Part shown: positions 63,767-64,000 of the stretch, one piece after another
How positions within the stretch are numbered: the stretch's first letter is position 1
Layout of the letters: every line of letters starts with the position of its first letter
DNA from: an uncultured Candidatus Rokubacteria bacterium
Lineage (GTDB): Bacteria; Methylomirabilota; Methylomirabilia; Rokubacteriales; CSP1-6
Direction: 5' to 3'
Assembly: GCA_963747235.1 (NCBI GenBank)
Contig: CAVVEU010000029.1
Span: 198,328-262,327, forward strand
Length of the DNA stretch: 64,000 bases
The notes under the pieces: model-generated
What the model was told of the DNA's origin: nothing
The model's database searches: none
What the model saw: the letters and a program-made list of their open reading frames with translations, nothing else
Program-made: the position numbers and the translations under genes

Positions 63767-64000
63767 CCTCACCGCCCTAACCGAGCGAGCACCCGACACA
63801 GGACCAGGAGGGCCGCGTTCGCGCGCCGCCGCTTCGTCGCCGACATTGGGTACCCGCTCCCGGACCAGCATCGCCGTCTTGATCGGGTGTTCGTAGGCCA
63901 CCGCCTTCCGTGCCACCGCCTGCTCCGCTTTCCGAGGAGCGGGTCCCGACGAGGAACTGCCTCGGCAAGCAGTCGGCAGCGCGCCTTGCTCTTGCGCAGC

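Overview
A very GC-rich bacterial chromosomal window. The gene repertoire (PF04392-type substrate-binding proteins, DUF222-HNH gene, many amidohydrolases and single-domain response regulators) suggests a Ca. Rokubacteria/Methylomirabilota-like soil organism; this is inference only. About 20 otherwise intact genes carry single-base indels, mostly in G/C runs, which is best read as uncorrected long-read error; gene ends are given across these frameshifts. 1-47 kb is mostly catabolic, transport and signalling genes: M20 and amidohydrolase enzymes, HpaB, a mandelate-racemase-family enzyme, a CoA-transferase, a molybdopterin oxidoreductase, a LIV-type ABC transporter with an acyl-CoA ligase, the DUF1326/DUF2182 pair, a phosphorelay, a BON protein and an OpgC/SGNH cluster. 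54-64 kb holds a GAF kinase, a TetR-RND efflux operon, an orphan type IV pilin and tRNA-Lys. The most interesting part is a less GC-rich accretion zone (~47-54 kb) at the 3' end of tRNA-Glu(TTC). It contains three partial copies of the tRNA 3' end that delimit ~1-1.4 kb integrase-less islets. Two of these att scars open into homologous short reading frames ending GVALAA-stop and GVAVA-stop. These look like the swapped C-terminal tail of an att-spanning recombinase carrying an ssrA-like degron. Also notable are two paralogous small OB-fold genes sharing a hairpin leader, and a shared sigma54 promoter plus upstream motif in front of a BON gene and an unannotated 47-aa lipoprotein. No CRISPR array, rRNA or intact integrase/transposase was seen.
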